This document shows positions 46,598-56,499 of a stretch of DNA of 64,000 bases, in pieces (the stretch's first letter is position 1; every line of letters starts with the position of its first letter). Position numbers and translations under genes: made by a program. Origin of the DNA: Clostridia bacterium. GTDB taxonomy: Bacteria > Bacillota > Clostridia > Oscillospirales > CAG-382. The notes below the pieces were generated by a model, which was given only the letters and a program-made list of their open reading frames with translations, ran no database searches and had not been told where the DNA came from. The stretch covers positions 5,286 through 69,285 of the forward strand of contig JAFQHW010000027.1 in the NCBI GenBank assembly GCA_017397805.1. Direction: 5' to 3'.

Positions 46598-48076
46598 ATG
46601 AAAACCAAAATTATATGCTTTGTACTTGTGCTTTTAACGGTCGCTTCCGCATTTTGTTCTTGCGGCGGTGAAAGCGGCAAGATCGTTGCATCGATATCGG
46701 ACGCGGAAAGTGTTGAATTGGACGATTACGATGTTGTTTTGTCCTTGGCCGAGGTGACCGTAAGCGAAGGATTGTATAATTACGCTTACAAGTACGCGAA
46801 GAATTATTATATGAGCACATATAAGTCCATGGTTGAGTACTTCGGCTATCTTTCCGAAACGGATGATATACCCGTTGAGGATACGAAGGAGTTTTGGAAT
46901 ACTGTCGTTCCCGAGGACGTTCACGAATATGTAATGTATTTTCGCCAGTCATACAGCTATGATTTTGAAATCACCGATGACGATGCGGGCAACTATACTT
47001 TCGGTGACGTTCTGATAGACCATGTTAATGCCGAAATGAAGGCGTATTTGGTTTACCGCGCCGTTGCTGCAGAGTACGACTACGTTTTGTCGAGAGATTA
47101 TGCGGACTATGATGCGGGTTTGGAAAACGCCATAGCTTTGCAGATGAAAGATGCGAGCTTTATCCGTGAAGGTGAAACGGTTGCGGGTGAAGACGGCAAG
47201 GTTTTTGATTGGGCCGTTGACCGCTGGGAGGTATATTTGGCAGGTCAAGGAATAAGCCGTGAAGAGTGGCTTTCCCTTTACTTTGAGCTTCCTCTGCTTA
47301 TAAGCGACCTTGCTACCGAGCTTGATATTCCCGCCGGAGATGCGGAATCTTTGTTTGACGCTTATATAAACGGGGAGGCTGAAAAAACCGTCAGCTTTAA
47401 CTTTACCGTGTTCCCGTTCTTCGATGAGGACAAATTTAACTTGTACAAGGAGCAAAATGCTGAAGAAAGCACTGAAGAAAGCTCTGATGAAATCAGTGAA
47501 GACTTAGGTGAAAGCTCTGATTTTTCCGAGGAGAGCGCAGAAGCTGTTTTATCTCAAGAGGATGTTTCCGAGGAATTGAGTTCCGATGAAAGCACCGACG
47601 AATCCGCTGAAGAGAACGAAAATAAAACCTTTGAGATTGAAACGATCCTCGACGAAGCCGAAACGTTCGAGGAATACTCTGAAAGAGCAAAGGCGTATTG
47701 CGATAAGATTTACGACGACCTCAAGAACGGCGTTATCACTTTTGACGATGCAATAGCGGTTTCTCCCGACGGGGAAAACATTAAGGAACAGTATCCCTAC
47801 GGCGCTTGCGTTTATAACGAAAACTTGAAGGAGTTGTTTGATAGAAACTACGAGGACGTTGTAATCGGAAGCTTCGACTATGTAGTTGACGAGGAAAATC
47901 AGTGTATATGGATTTTGGAGTATAAGGAGTTCAGTACAGAAAACTTTACTGATGCGGATAAAGAAAAATATGGAACAATATACTTTGCAGAAAAGGTTTT
48001 CGAAAAAGTGAACCCCCTCGTATATCTTGACGAGGATGTATTGGCTAAGTATGATAACCCTTGGGAGATTAAGTAA
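46598..48076 (+). CDS. Secreted/lipoprotein-like protein with acidic linker; divergent PrsA/parvulin-like C-terminus (paralog 1 of 3)
   Basis: ATG at 46598 follows AGGAGG. The signal sequence is MKTKIICFVLVLLTVASAFCSCGG. There is an acidic EESTEESSDEISED region. The C-terminal beta-hairpin is CIWILEYKEF. Confidence 0.6.
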   Translation: MKTKIICFVLVLLTVASAFCSCGGESGKIVASISDAESVELDDYDVVLSLAEVTVSEGLYNYAYKYAKNYYMSTYKSMVEYFGYLSETDDIPVEDTKEFWNTVVPEDVHEYVMYFRQSYSYDFEITDDDAGNYTFGDVLIDHVNAEMKAYLVYRAVAAEYDYVLSRDYADYDAGLENAIALQMKDASFIREGETVAGEDGKVFDWAVDRWEVYLAGQGISREEWLSLYFELPLLISDLATELDIPAGDAESLFDAYINGEAEKTVSFNFTVFPFFDEDKFNLYKEQNAEESTEESSDEISEDLGESSDFSEESAEAVLSQEDVSEELSSDESTDESAEENENKTFEIETILDEAETFEEYSERAKAYCDKIYDDLKNGVITFDDAIAVSPDGENIKEQYPYGACVYNENLKELFDRNYEDVVIGSFDYVVDEENQCIWILEYKEFSTENFTDADKEKYGTIYFAEKVFEKVNPLVYLDEDVLAKYDNPWEIK

Positions 48077-48091
48077 TTTTAGGTTGATTGT

Positions 48092-49135
48092 ATGAAAAAA
48101 ATTATAGCATTGATTTTAGCACTGGCGGCACTTGTGGCGTTTGCTGCATGCGGTAATGAAGAGGATACCATCGATAACCCTAACCCTTCAAAGCCCTTGG
48201 AAAATTCGGGAATAACCGTTATGTCTTACGAGGGCGAAACTATTAATTCGGGTATGTATGCCTTCATTTTCTCCTATCTAAAGACCAAAAAAATGTATTA
48301 TTTTCAGATGTACGGCTCTTCTCAGACCGTAGAGGATACACAAAGTTTTTGGAATACGTATTATGACGGTAAAACAATAGGAGAAGCGGCGCTTCAGGAT
48401 ATACAAGACCATTGCAAGATGCTTTTGATCTGCAACAAAATGGCATCCGAATACAACGTTTCTCTGAATAACGAGGAGCAGGGACAGGTCGAAGACGAGC
48501 TTAACGATTGGATCTCTTCTTACGGAAGCGTTGAAGGTCTTTCCGATTTCTTAAAAAGGTACGGAATCAGCGTTGACGATTTGGAGAAGTATCTTGAAAA
48601 GAATTATTTAATAGTTTCCTTGCAAAACAAGCTTTGTTCCGAGGGCGGCGTTTGCGAAGTTACCGATGACGAAGTAAATAAGCAGATAAACGAAACCTAT
48701 TCCAAGGTAACGCATATATATCTTTCCGACAAAACTTATAACGGTGATGCAAAATCAAAAGGCGAGGAAATATTAAAGGCTCTGGAAGAGGGAAAAGACA
48801 TCGGTGAATTTGGAAAGCTTTCGGAAGATACTACTTTAAAGACTTATCCCGACGGTATGATGGTCAGCTTAGAAACCGATAACAGTTACACCAAAGCCGT
48901 AGCTGAGCTTTCCGACGGTGAATATGCGCTGTGCGAAATGGGCGACGGCGTATATATAATCAAATGCTTTAAAATGACGGACAGCGACGTTGACAGCAGA
49001 TTTGAAACGGTGTATAAATCCGTAGCCGACAATAAATTTCTTGCTGTTATGGCTGAAAGGTATCCGTTTGTTGAGCTTAACAAGGACGAGCTCGATAAGT
49101 ACGATATAATTACGGCTGACACTATTGAATTTTAG
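48092..49135 (+). CDS. PrsA/SurA-like lipoprotein with divergent parvulin-type domain (paralog 2 of 3)
   Basis: 347 aa with signal plus Cys (ALVAFAACGN). The segment VTHIYL...DIGEFGKLSEDT...GDGVYIIKCFK resembles a PpiC-type PPIase. Confidence 0.6.
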   Translation: MKKIIALILALAALVAFAACGNEEDTIDNPNPSKPLENSGITVMSYEGETINSGMYAFIFSYLKTKKMYYFQMYGSSQTVEDTQSFWNTYYDGKTIGEAALQDIQDHCKMLLICNKMASEYNVSLNNEEQGQVEDELNDWISSYGSVEGLSDFLKRYGISVDDLEKYLEKNYLIVSLQNKLCSEGGVCEVTDDEVNKQINETYSKVTHIYLSDKTYNGDAKSKGEEILKALEEGKDIGEFGKLSEDTTLKTYPDGMMVSLETDNSYTKAVAELSDGEYALCEMGDGVYIIKCFKMTDSDVDSRFETVYKSVADNKFLAVMAERYPFVELNKDELDKYDIITADTIEF

Positions 49136-49165
49136 TAGAGTTTACACAAGTCGAGGTGACCGAAA

Positions 49166-50359
49166 ATGAAACGTATATTAATATCACTTTTGGCTCTTAT
49201 TTTATGTGTTGCTTTGGTTTCTTGCACTTCCGATCTGCAGGAAATTAAGCGCACTGATTATACCTTGGACAAAGGCGGTCAAGTCGATGGATACGATTGC
49301 GCCTACGGTATGGAAGAGTTGATGAATATCCTCAGCGGTATTTACGACTACGACGGCGATATCGTGGAGATGGGCAAGGACGTGGTTGACCCAATCGTTG
49401 ATTTCGACGATGCGCTGCTTTTTAAAGGTGAGCAGTATAGTTTACCTGTGCGAATATACTACTATTTGATGGCCGGATTGAAAACAAGCGGCTATATAGG
49501 AACGGATTATAATACCTTGTTGGGGGATGAGGAGTTTTGGGATTCGCTTTATCCCGACTTGGCTATAAACTTCAAGGATCATAGTATGAAATACGGTATG
49601 CAGGTATGCAAGGATATGGTTGCCTCCATGCACGCATATAAAGATTTCGGTTACACGCCCACAAACAACGATGCAGTTTCTTTTGAAAGCGTATTAAGTG
49701 TCTTTGGTTCCGTTGATGCACTTAACGAGTTTTATGCGGCTTACGGTATGAACGACACCTTGCTTAAGGAATATTTCAAGCTAAATAATATTTATATGGG
49801 GTTGAAAGATTATCTCGTAGGATTATCCGGAGAATATTATCCCAATGAAGAGGAATGCAAGGAATATTACTACGATGAATGCGTTTATATGCATCAAATA
49901 GTTTTCTCGTACGTGTATACAAACCCTGACCGTTACGTATTGTACAAAGATGAAGAAACGATAGAGAGCTTACGCAAGCAAGGCAAAGAGCTTTATGCCA
50001 AAATTGTTGACAATCCTGCCATGTTTGAGCGCAACCAGCATCTGACTCAAGAAGCTGACTGGGAACAAAACGTTCAAGGGTATTTTTATACCCCAACCGA
50101 GATTCAAGAAGAATTGTACGATGCGTATAAGAAGCTTATGCCCGGTGAGATAACGGCTATTGATACGCCTATCGGTTATTATATAATAAAAGCCGTTGAT
50201 AAGACCGATACCTCTTATCATATGAACGAGGATAGAGTTATAACGTCTTATTGTGAAAAAATATACAGTGACCTTATTTCTCCGTACTATGATAAATTTA
50301 CTTTAGATACGGTACAGTATGAGCGCTATTCTTTTGATGAAATATTGTTATTAAAATAG
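49166..50359 (+). CDS. PrsA/SurA-like lipoprotein with divergent parvulin-type domain (paralog 3 of 3)
   Basis: 397 aa with lipobox LVSC. The segment MHQIVF...LMPGEITAIDTPIGYYIIKAVDK resembles a PpiC-type PPIase. Confidence 0.6.
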   Translation: MKRILISLLALILCVALVSCTSDLQEIKRTDYTLDKGGQVDGYDCAYGMEELMNILSGIYDYDGDIVEMGKDVVDPIVDFDDALLFKGEQYSLPVRIYYYLMAGLKTSGYIGTDYNTLLGDEEFWDSLYPDLAINFKDHSMKYGMQVCKDMVASMHAYKDFGYTPTNNDAVSFESVLSVFGSVDALNEFYAAYGMNDTLLKEYFKLNNIYMGLKDYLVGLSGEYYPNEEECKEYYYDECVYMHQIVFSYVYTNPDRYVLYKDEETIESLRKQGKELYAKIVDNPAMFERNQHLTQEADWEQNVQGYFYTPTEIQEELYDAYKKLMPGEITAIDTPIGYYIIKAVDKTDTSYHMNEDRVITSYCEKIYSDLISPYYDKFTLDTVQYERYSFDEILLLK

Positions 50360-50376
50360 AAAGGCAGAATTATAAG

Positions 50377-51546
50377 ATGACAGCAAGAGAAGTTTATGAC
50401 AACATAATGAGGGATGCGATTTCCGTTTATTCCGCAGAAGGGCTTTTGGAAAAGCTTGAAAGTGGCAAAAAGCTTCGCATCAAGATGGGTGCCGACCCCA
50501 GCAGACCTGACTTGCACCTTGGGCACTCCGTTCCTTTGAGAAAGCTTAGAATGCTTCAGGATTTGGGTCACGAGATCGTCTTCGTTATAGGTGACTTTAC
50601 GGCTATGATAGGCGACCCTTCTGGTAAGAGCAAAACGCGCGTACCCTTGACTTTTGAGCAAACCCGTGAGAACAGTAAATCTTACTACGAGCAGGTTTGC
50701 AAGATTTTGGATAAAGAAAAGACCACTATTACATACAATTCCGATTGGCTTGGAAAGATGAACTTTGCAGACGTGTTATCTCTCGCAGGTAAGTACACTC
50801 TTGCCCGCATTTTGGAACGTGACGATTTTGCAAAGCGTTATGCAAGCAATCAGCCTATCGGTATGCACGAGATGTTCTATCCTCTTATGCAGGGATACGA
50901 CTCCGTTGCTCTCGTTGCTGACGTTGAGATCGGCGGTAACGACCAGACCTTTAACCTCCTCGTTGGCAGAGAATTGCAGAAGGATTACGGTCAAACTCCT
51001 CAAGAGGTTATAACCTTCCCTCTGCTTCCCGGTCTTGACGGTGTAGAGAAAATGAGTAAATCTCTCGATAACTATATCGGCATTGACGAAGCTCCTGAGA
51101 TCATGTATGAAAAGTGTATGAAGGTGCCTGATGCGCTTCTCGTTACTTATTTCCGTTTGACTTCCGACTTGAAGGAGGAAGACTACGCGGAGTTGGTTGA
51201 AAAGGACATCATGGCGGCTCACAGACTGTATGCCGAAACTATAGTTCGTATGTATCACGGTGCTGAGGCAATAGCAGCTGCGGCGGAAAGGTATAAGAGC
51301 ATCGCAGGCGGCGGTGTTCCCGATAAGATGGATACTTTTGAGGTTGCCGTTGGTACGAGAGTTACCGATATCCTCCGCGAAAGCGGTCTTGCCCCCTCCG
51401 GTAGCGAAGCGAGAAGACTTATGCAAGGCGGCGGCGTAAAGATCGAAGGTGCGCAAGCAAAGGACCCCAACACCGTATTTGATGCGCCCGGCGAATATAT
51501 CGTAAGCAAGGGCAAGAACAAGTTTATAAAGGTTATAGTAGCTTAA
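50377..51546 (+). CDS. tyrS: Tyrosine--tRNA ligase (short, type 2 form)
   Basis: 389 aa with the HIGH variant DLHLGH, KMSKS, and a C-terminal S4-like domain (ARRLMQGGGVKIEG). Confidence 0.96.
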   Translation: MTAREVYDNIMRDAISVYSAEGLLEKLESGKKLRIKMGADPSRPDLHLGHSVPLRKLRMLQDLGHEIVFVIGDFTAMIGDPSGKSKTRVPLTFEQTRENSKSYYEQVCKILDKEKTTITYNSDWLGKMNFADVLSLAGKYTLARILERDDFAKRYASNQPIGMHEMFYPLMQGYDSVALVADVEIGGNDQTFNLLVGRELQKDYGQTPQEVITFPLLPGLDGVEKMSKSLDNYIGIDEAPEIMYEKCMKVPDALLVTYFRLTSDLKEEDYAELVEKDIMAAHRLYAETIVRMYHGAEAIAAAAERYKSIAGGGVPDKMDTFEVAVGTRVTDILRESGLAPSGSEARRLMQGGGVKIEGAQAKDPNTVFDAPGEYIVSKGKNKFIKVIVA

Positions 51547-51552
51547 AAGTTA

Positions 51553-51598
51553 ATCCCCGTTATATACCTGGCGGTTTATAACGGGGATCTTTTATTTT
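51553..51598. terminator. Bidirectional terminator after tyrS
   Basis: 12-bp stem ATCCCCGTTATA / TATAACGGGGAT followed by CTTTTATTTT. Confidence 0.8.
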
Positions 51599-52068
51599 GT
51601 GTTGTCTTTTCTCAGAAGATCTCTTTTGACGTAATCTTTGCCGAGGGCGGTTGCCTCCGCCTCAAACCACACGCTGTCATATCTCGTCGTCAGCTTCTTG
51701 TGTAAAACTTTTTGTTTGAAGTTGCGATAGTGGTATCGTGTGCTGGATGGTATTCCCACCAGAAAAGGCATAAGCGGTCCGTATAAACAATTTTGGATTG
51801 CGTGTCCAAGCTCGTGCATCAATAATTCTTCACTGCTGAATCTCCCCACGAACATAAAGCATCCTAAGGAACAGCCGTCCTTTTTTCTGCATCTGAAACA
51901 AATACAGTTGTGATAAACCGTCGGCTTGTGCCCCGTGATAAGCACGAAAAATGCAAGAATCGCTCCTAAAAAACTCATAGGCAGTCCCACCGTGAAGCTC
52001 AAAAAATAGAATAGAGCAGGGGATGCAGGAATCAAATTCTCGGTTCTTCTGTTTCTGTTATTCTTCAT
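51592..52068 (-). CDS. Hypothetical membrane protein with an HExxH motif (start uncertain: 52083, 52068 or 51978)
   Basis: Hydrophobic N-terminus, a Cys cluster CICFRCRKKDGCSLGC, and the zinc-peptidase-like motif MHELGHAIQN. It overlaps the alr 3' end. Confidence 0.5.
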   Translation of the reverse strand: MKNNRNRRTENLIPASPALFYFLSFTVGLPMSFLGAILAFFVLITGHKPTVYHNCICFRCRKKDGCSLGCFMFVGRFSSEELLMHELGHAIQNCLYGPLMPFLVGIPSSTRYHYRNFKQKVLHKKLTTRYDSVWFEAEATALGKDYVKRDLLRKDNTK

Positions 52069-53149
52069 ATACGCGCGGTACACGGCGAGTAATTCCGCAA
52101 ACTATCTCGTAATTTATAGTTCCGATAATATCAGCCATTTCACTAACTTCGCCTTTTTCTCCGAACACGGTAACCGTATCCCCTTCACGGCATTCGATAT
52201 CGCTTACGTCAATCATAAACATATCCATGCAAATACGACCGATGATAGGGGCCTTTTTGCCGTTAACCGTAACGCTGTATCTGTTAGACAAAAGCCGAGG
52301 CATTCCGTCGGCATACCCAAAAGAAACAACGGCGCGGCGCAAAGGCTTGTCCGTTTTGTAGGTTCTTCCGTAGCTAACCGTATCATCCGATTCAAGCTCA
52401 CCGACAGCCGCAATGCGTGCGTTTACGGTCATCGCGGGGTGCATGGGGAATTCGGGTACTGAGCGTTCCAAACCGTAAAGTCCTATGCCTTGTCTTACCA
52501 TGTCCAAATGCATATGGGGGAATCTTATGGTTGCGGCACTGTTACAGCAATGCCTTAGACCAAATTTATATCCCATTGACGTTAGCTTGTCCGTTACCGC
52601 TTTAAAAGCAGTAAATTGCTTTTCCGTAAAATCTGTATCTTCATCAGCAACGGCAAAATGAGTAAAAATTCCTTCAACATTTACGTTGTCGATGGCGAAA
52701 ATAGGTGCAATGTTTTCAACACATGCGTCGGCTTGGGGAGCGTCGTGACAGTAAAAGCCCAACCTGCTCATACCCGTATCTACCTTTATATGTATTTTGT
52801 GTGCACCGCCGCTTACTATTGCTTTTGCGTATTCAACGCTGTCGCAAGCTTGGCATAAATTATATTTTGCGAGCATTTCAGCAAAAGAAACGTCGGTTTT
52901 ACCTAAAACCAAAATTTCTCCTTTTAGTCCTTTTTCTCTAAGCTCGGCACCTTCGTCCACCGTTGCAACGGCAAAATAGCGCACACCTATGTTATATAGT
53001 CGCTCTGCAACCTGCATTGCCCCGTGTCCGTAGGCATCCGCTTTAACAACTGCCAACATTTGGCAATTCGGTTTTAAAGTGGACATAATATTTTTAGCAT
53101 TTGTTTCTATAGCTTTGAGATTTATGATTGCCTCAGTGCGGCTTTTCAT
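52058..53149 (-). CDS. alr: Alanine racemase
   Basis: 363 aa with the PLP-lysine motif AVVKADAYGHG and the C-terminal SYGRTY and ICMDMFMIDV motifs. Confidence 0.96.
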   Translation of the reverse strand: MKSRTEAIINLKAIETNAKNIMSTLKPNCQMLAVVKADAYGHGAMQVAERLYNIGVRYFAVATVDEGAELREKGLKGEILVLGKTDVSFAEMLAKYNLCQACDSVEYAKAIVSGGAHKIHIKVDTGMSRLGFYCHDAPQADACVENIAPIFAIDNVNVEGIFTHFAVADEDTDFTEKQFTAFKAVTDKLTSMGYKFGLRHCCNSAATIRFPHMHLDMVRQGIGLYGLERSVPEFPMHPAMTVNARIAAVGELESDDTVSYGRTYKTDKPLRRAVVSFGYADGMPRLLSNRYSVTVNGKKAPIIGRICMDMFMIDVSDIECREGDTVTVFGEKGEVSEMADIIGTINYEIVCGITRRVPRVYEE

Positions 53150-53619
53150 CCCGTCGCCTCCGTTTTTATTTTATATATTCTCGTATTTTTTTCGTCGGAA
53201 AAACTTATCTTTACAATCTCGCCGTTTTTTATCTTTCCTGAAGCCGTTACATAATCCGTATTGGCTTTTATTTCATTTCGTTTCGTTTGCCCACAGCTGC
53301 GTAAAAGCTCAATAGCGGAAGAAAAATCCGTTACGGTCTGTAAGGCGTTCGAAAATATCTCTTGTTTTATTCCGTTAAGCTCAAGTGTGAAATTCACACC
53401 GTCATAGCTTGTAGCCTTCATACCGCAAACAGTGGATGGGGAAGTGAAGATATATTCCTGAAAGCTTTCATCCAACGTTGCTCGGAACTCTATTTCGCTG
53501 TCTTCGATGCTGACAGTATAAATACCTTTTTGTGGTATTTTAAAGTCGTTTTCTCTACTGCATCCGCAAACAAAAATGATAATAGTTAAAAGAGTGAGAA
53601 GTAAAGCTAAGCGTTTCAA
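53146..53619 (-). CDS. Hypothetical lipoprotein
   Basis: The likely TTG start at 53619 follows AGGTGA and gives KRLALLLTLLTIIIFVCGCS with a lipobox. It overlaps the alr start by 4 nt. Confidence 0.55.
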   Translation of the reverse strand: MKRLALLLTLLTIIIFVCGCSRENDFKIPQKGIYTVSIEDSEIEFRATLDESFQEYIFTSPSTVCGMKATSYDGVNFTLELNGIKQEIFSNALQTVTDFSSAIELLRSCGQTKRNEIKANTDYVTASGKIKNGEIVKISFSDEKNTRIYKIKTEATG

Positions 53620-53623
53620 AAAA

Positions 53624-55084
53624 TCACCTAAAGTACAGAATTTTGCCTGCTTCTTCTGCCAACTCCGAAGGGAGCATAGCATAAACGCCCTTTCTTTCAG
53701 CCAAAACCTCAGCCGCTTTACCGTGAATGTAAACTCCTATTACAGCGGCATAGAAAGGCGCTGTCCCTTGCGCCGCGAGTGATGCGATTATACCGGCAAG
53801 CACGTCACCGCTGCCGCCTTTTGCAAGACCGCTATTCCCTGACAGGTTAACGTAATATTTACCATCGGGGGATGCAACTACGGTGGAACTGCCTTTTAAT
53901 ACGGTTATAACACCGTGCTCTTTGGAAAACTCTATGGCTGTATTGATTCGATTTCCGTTGATTTCTTCCACGGTTTTTCCGCATAGCCTTGACATTTCTT
54001 TTGGGTGCGGCGTTAAAATTAACGGGCATTTTACAGACTTACACAATTCTATGCTGTCAGATATGCAATTTATACCGTCCGCGTCAATAATCATCGGTAC
54101 CATAGAGCATAAAAGCAATTCCTTTATTATCTTATCATAGGTCCTGCCGCAACCGCATCCGACAAGGATTGCCTTTGGCGTGTCAGAAAGTATTTGCTCA
54201 TTGCTTATTACCTTTTGAGCGATTACTTCCGGTAAAACCGTTTTTATCGTATTAAGTGTATTTTCGTGACTGTATAAGCGTACAAGACCCGTGCCTGTGC
54301 GCAATGCTCCGCTACAAGCCAATATAGCCGCACCGCTCATATCTTTGTTGCCGCAAAGTGCGCTAAGGGGGCCGTAGCATCCCTTGTGGCTGTTTTCCTT
54401 GCGTTGCGGCAGTTTGTCAAAATAAGCATTTCCGTTCGTGTAACACAAGGGAGTGTGACTGCCGAGGATATCCTCCTGAATACCTATATCCGTTATATAT
54501 ACTTCTCCGCAAAACTCTCTTGCAGGGTAACTTACTTGTGCCGTTTTATATGCAGTAAAAGTACAAGTTGCATTTGCTTTTACAGCAAGCTTTGGTAAAT
54601 TATCGCAGTCGGCAATAAGACCGCTTGGCAAATCGCAAGCCAACACGTAGGCTTCGCTTTCATTAATTGATTTTACTGCGTCTGCATATATTCCCTTCAA
54701 CTCGCCTTTAAAGGAAAATCCGAACATACAGTCAACTATAACTCCGTAATCATCTATGTTTATATCGTTATAGTTTATAAGCGTGCCGCCCCAAGCCTTA
54801 TATTTTGTAAAAAACTTAGCGGCTAAAGGTGACGAGGGTTCCTCTAATGCACAGACGGTTGTAGAAAAGCCGTTATTAAGCAATAATATCGCTAAGGCAT
54901 AACCGTCTCCGCCGTTATTGCCTTTGCCGCACATAATTAAAATGTTGCTTTTAAGCTTGTTTTTTGCCTCTAAAACTCCGTAAAGATTGCTTGCCGCGTT
55001 TTTCATTAAAACGGAACCGTCTATTCCGCAAGTGCTATCCATAGTTTTGAATTGGTCTGCGCTATATACGTTGTCGTTTATCAT
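53624..55084 (-). CDS. nnr: Bifunctional NAD(P)H-hydrate repair enzyme (epimerase / ADP-dependent dehydratase)
   Basis: 486 aa with the YjeF-N motif CGKGNNGGDG and the C-terminal carbohydrate-kinase-like motifs GPLSALCGN and GSGDVLAG. Confidence 0.92.
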   Translation of the reverse strand: MINDNVYSADQFKTMDSTCGIDGSVLMKNAASNLYGVLEAKNKLKSNILIMCGKGNNGGDGYALAILLLNNGFSTTVCALEEPSSPLAAKFFTKYKAWGGTLINYNDINIDDYGVIVDCMFGFSFKGELKGIYADAVKSINESEAYVLACDLPSGLIADCDNLPKLAVKANATCTFTAYKTAQVSYPAREFCGEVYITDIGIQEDILGSHTPLCYTNGNAYFDKLPQRKENSHKGCYGPLSALCGNKDMSGAAILACSGALRTGTGLVRLYSHENTLNTIKTVLPEVIAQKVISNEQILSDTPKAILVGCGCGRTYDKIIKELLLCSMVPMIIDADGINCISDSIELCKSVKCPLILTPHPKEMSRLCGKTVEEINGNRINTAIEFSKEHGVITVLKGSSTVVASPDGKYYVNLSGNSGLAKGGSGDVLAGIIASLAAQGTAPFYAAVIGVYIHGKAAEVLAERKGVYAMLPSELAEEAGKILYFR

Positions 55085-55632
55085 TGTGCGCTTACCTTAC
55101 AGCAGGAGCTGTTATAAAACTTGAACAGTTTTCTCATTTTTTGGTTCGTTTCAAAGTATGCCAGGCATTTTTTGCCTTCATCGTCCTTGAATACTATATA
55201 CGCTATATCTTTCGCTTCGAAAGAGCTTACACATTTGTAAACCTTGTCGGCACTGCTTTCTTCAGGTGCTTGCTTACCTTCGTAAGGAGCGATAAGACTT
55301 GCGGCAGAAATTTTAACGGTAAAAACGTTTTTTCTTGTTCTTCCACCGTACACTGCATCCACCGAAAGCTCGCCCGTGGCGATTATATAGTCGTAAACAA
55401 CGTTTGTGTACTTCCAAAAGAACCAAATTGCAAAAATCTCAAGCACTATTATCATAACGGAACTGGGCAGTAACAGAAAATCAAAATCCAAAGCGCTTAA
55501 AACTATAAAAATTGATGCAAAAAAGGCAATTGCACCAAATATAAGCCCGAATTTTATAAGCCTTGTTTTCGACGTAGGCTTTACTATCACCGAATGCTCC
55601 GTGTGGTTTGCGGAACCGCTGTCTCCAAACAT
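55081..55632 (-). CDS. Hypothetical two-TM membrane protein
   Basis: 183 aa with GGAGG 8 nt upstream of the ATG. It overlaps the nnr start by 4 nt. No family recognised. Confidence 0.55.
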   Translation of the reverse strand: MFGDSGSANHTEHSVIVKPTSKTRLIKFGLIFGAIAFFASIFIVLSALDFDFLLLPSSVMIIVLEIFAIWFFWKYTNVVYDYIIATGELSVDAVYGGRTRKNVFTVKISAASLIAPYEGKQAPEESSADKVYKCVSSFEAKDIAYIVFKDDEGKKCLAYFETNQKMRKLFKFYNSSCCKVSAQ

Positions 55633-55707
55633 AATTTATACCTCCGAACGTTTCTGAAGTATAGAATACCACATCTGATTTGATTTTTCAATACGTGACG
55701 TCTTTTT

Positions 55708-56379
55708 TTATACACAATTGCAGTCGCTTATGCTGAAATCATTCTCATTAGGACAAAGCAGGGAACAGCCTTGAACGACCGGTAGTAAGTATCTGTATGG
55801 ATACCCCTTTGAAAACAAACCGTATACGGTATCGCTATCTGTGACAAAATTTTTTATTCGTATATTGCTTGGCAAAATACAGCTATCGGTGTAACCGCAA
55901 CAGCGATTGTATTGAAGCGTTTCGTAACTGCCGTTCGTGTATGCAAAAAGTATTCCGTTATCCGTAGGGACGGCAGATATAAATTCGGAATCGCTGTCGC
56001 ATATTTCGTCAACGGTTTGCGTAAAATTCCCATTGTAGTTGCCGACTGTAATTTTGTTTCTGTACGTTAATAAAATTCTATTACACGGCATGGCGTATGC
56101 GCTTAGAATCGGTCCGTTGCAAGCGGGAAAGCATATAGACGCTATTTCTTTGAAGGATGAGTTTAATATATAAACTCTGTTATTACAGCTTGTTCCGGTG
56201 GCAAGATACATATCGTTATACCCCGAAACGAACTCATAAGCCCGTGCGGTTTCAATACAAGTGCCGTTATATGAGTTTTCCACGGCGCAGTCGGCAGAGT
56301 TAACGGTTAATATGTTGTTATCGGAAATCACGGCGCCTGTAGCCGCTTTACACATAGACTGTGTGATAGGTATAGTCAT
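55708..56379 (-). CDS. Cysteine-rich hypothetical protein (15 Cys in 223 aa, no signal peptide)
   Basis: ATG at 56379 follows AAGGGG. It has a repeated beta-strand-like pattern (VYILNSSF, ILLTYRN, ILFAYTNG, VYGLFSKG). No family recognised. Confidence 0.55.
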   Translation of the reverse strand: MTIPITQSMCKAATGAVISDNNILTVNSADCAVENSYNGTCIETARAYEFVSGYNDMYLATGTSCNNRVYILNSSFKEIASICFPACNGPILSAYAMPCNRILLTYRNKITVGNYNGNFTQTVDEICDSDSEFISAVPTDNGILFAYTNGSYETLQYNRCCGYTDSCILPSNIRIKNFVTDSDTVYGLFSKGYPYRYLLPVVQGCSLLCPNENDFSISDCNCV

Positions 56380-56499
56380 AAAATAACCCCTTAATATTAA
56401 GTTTATATTATCGTTATATGATAAACTTATTAGGTTTGTCATTGTATATAGTGAAAAATCACTAAATCTACATCAGTGAAAAACAAACGAGGTTGAATT

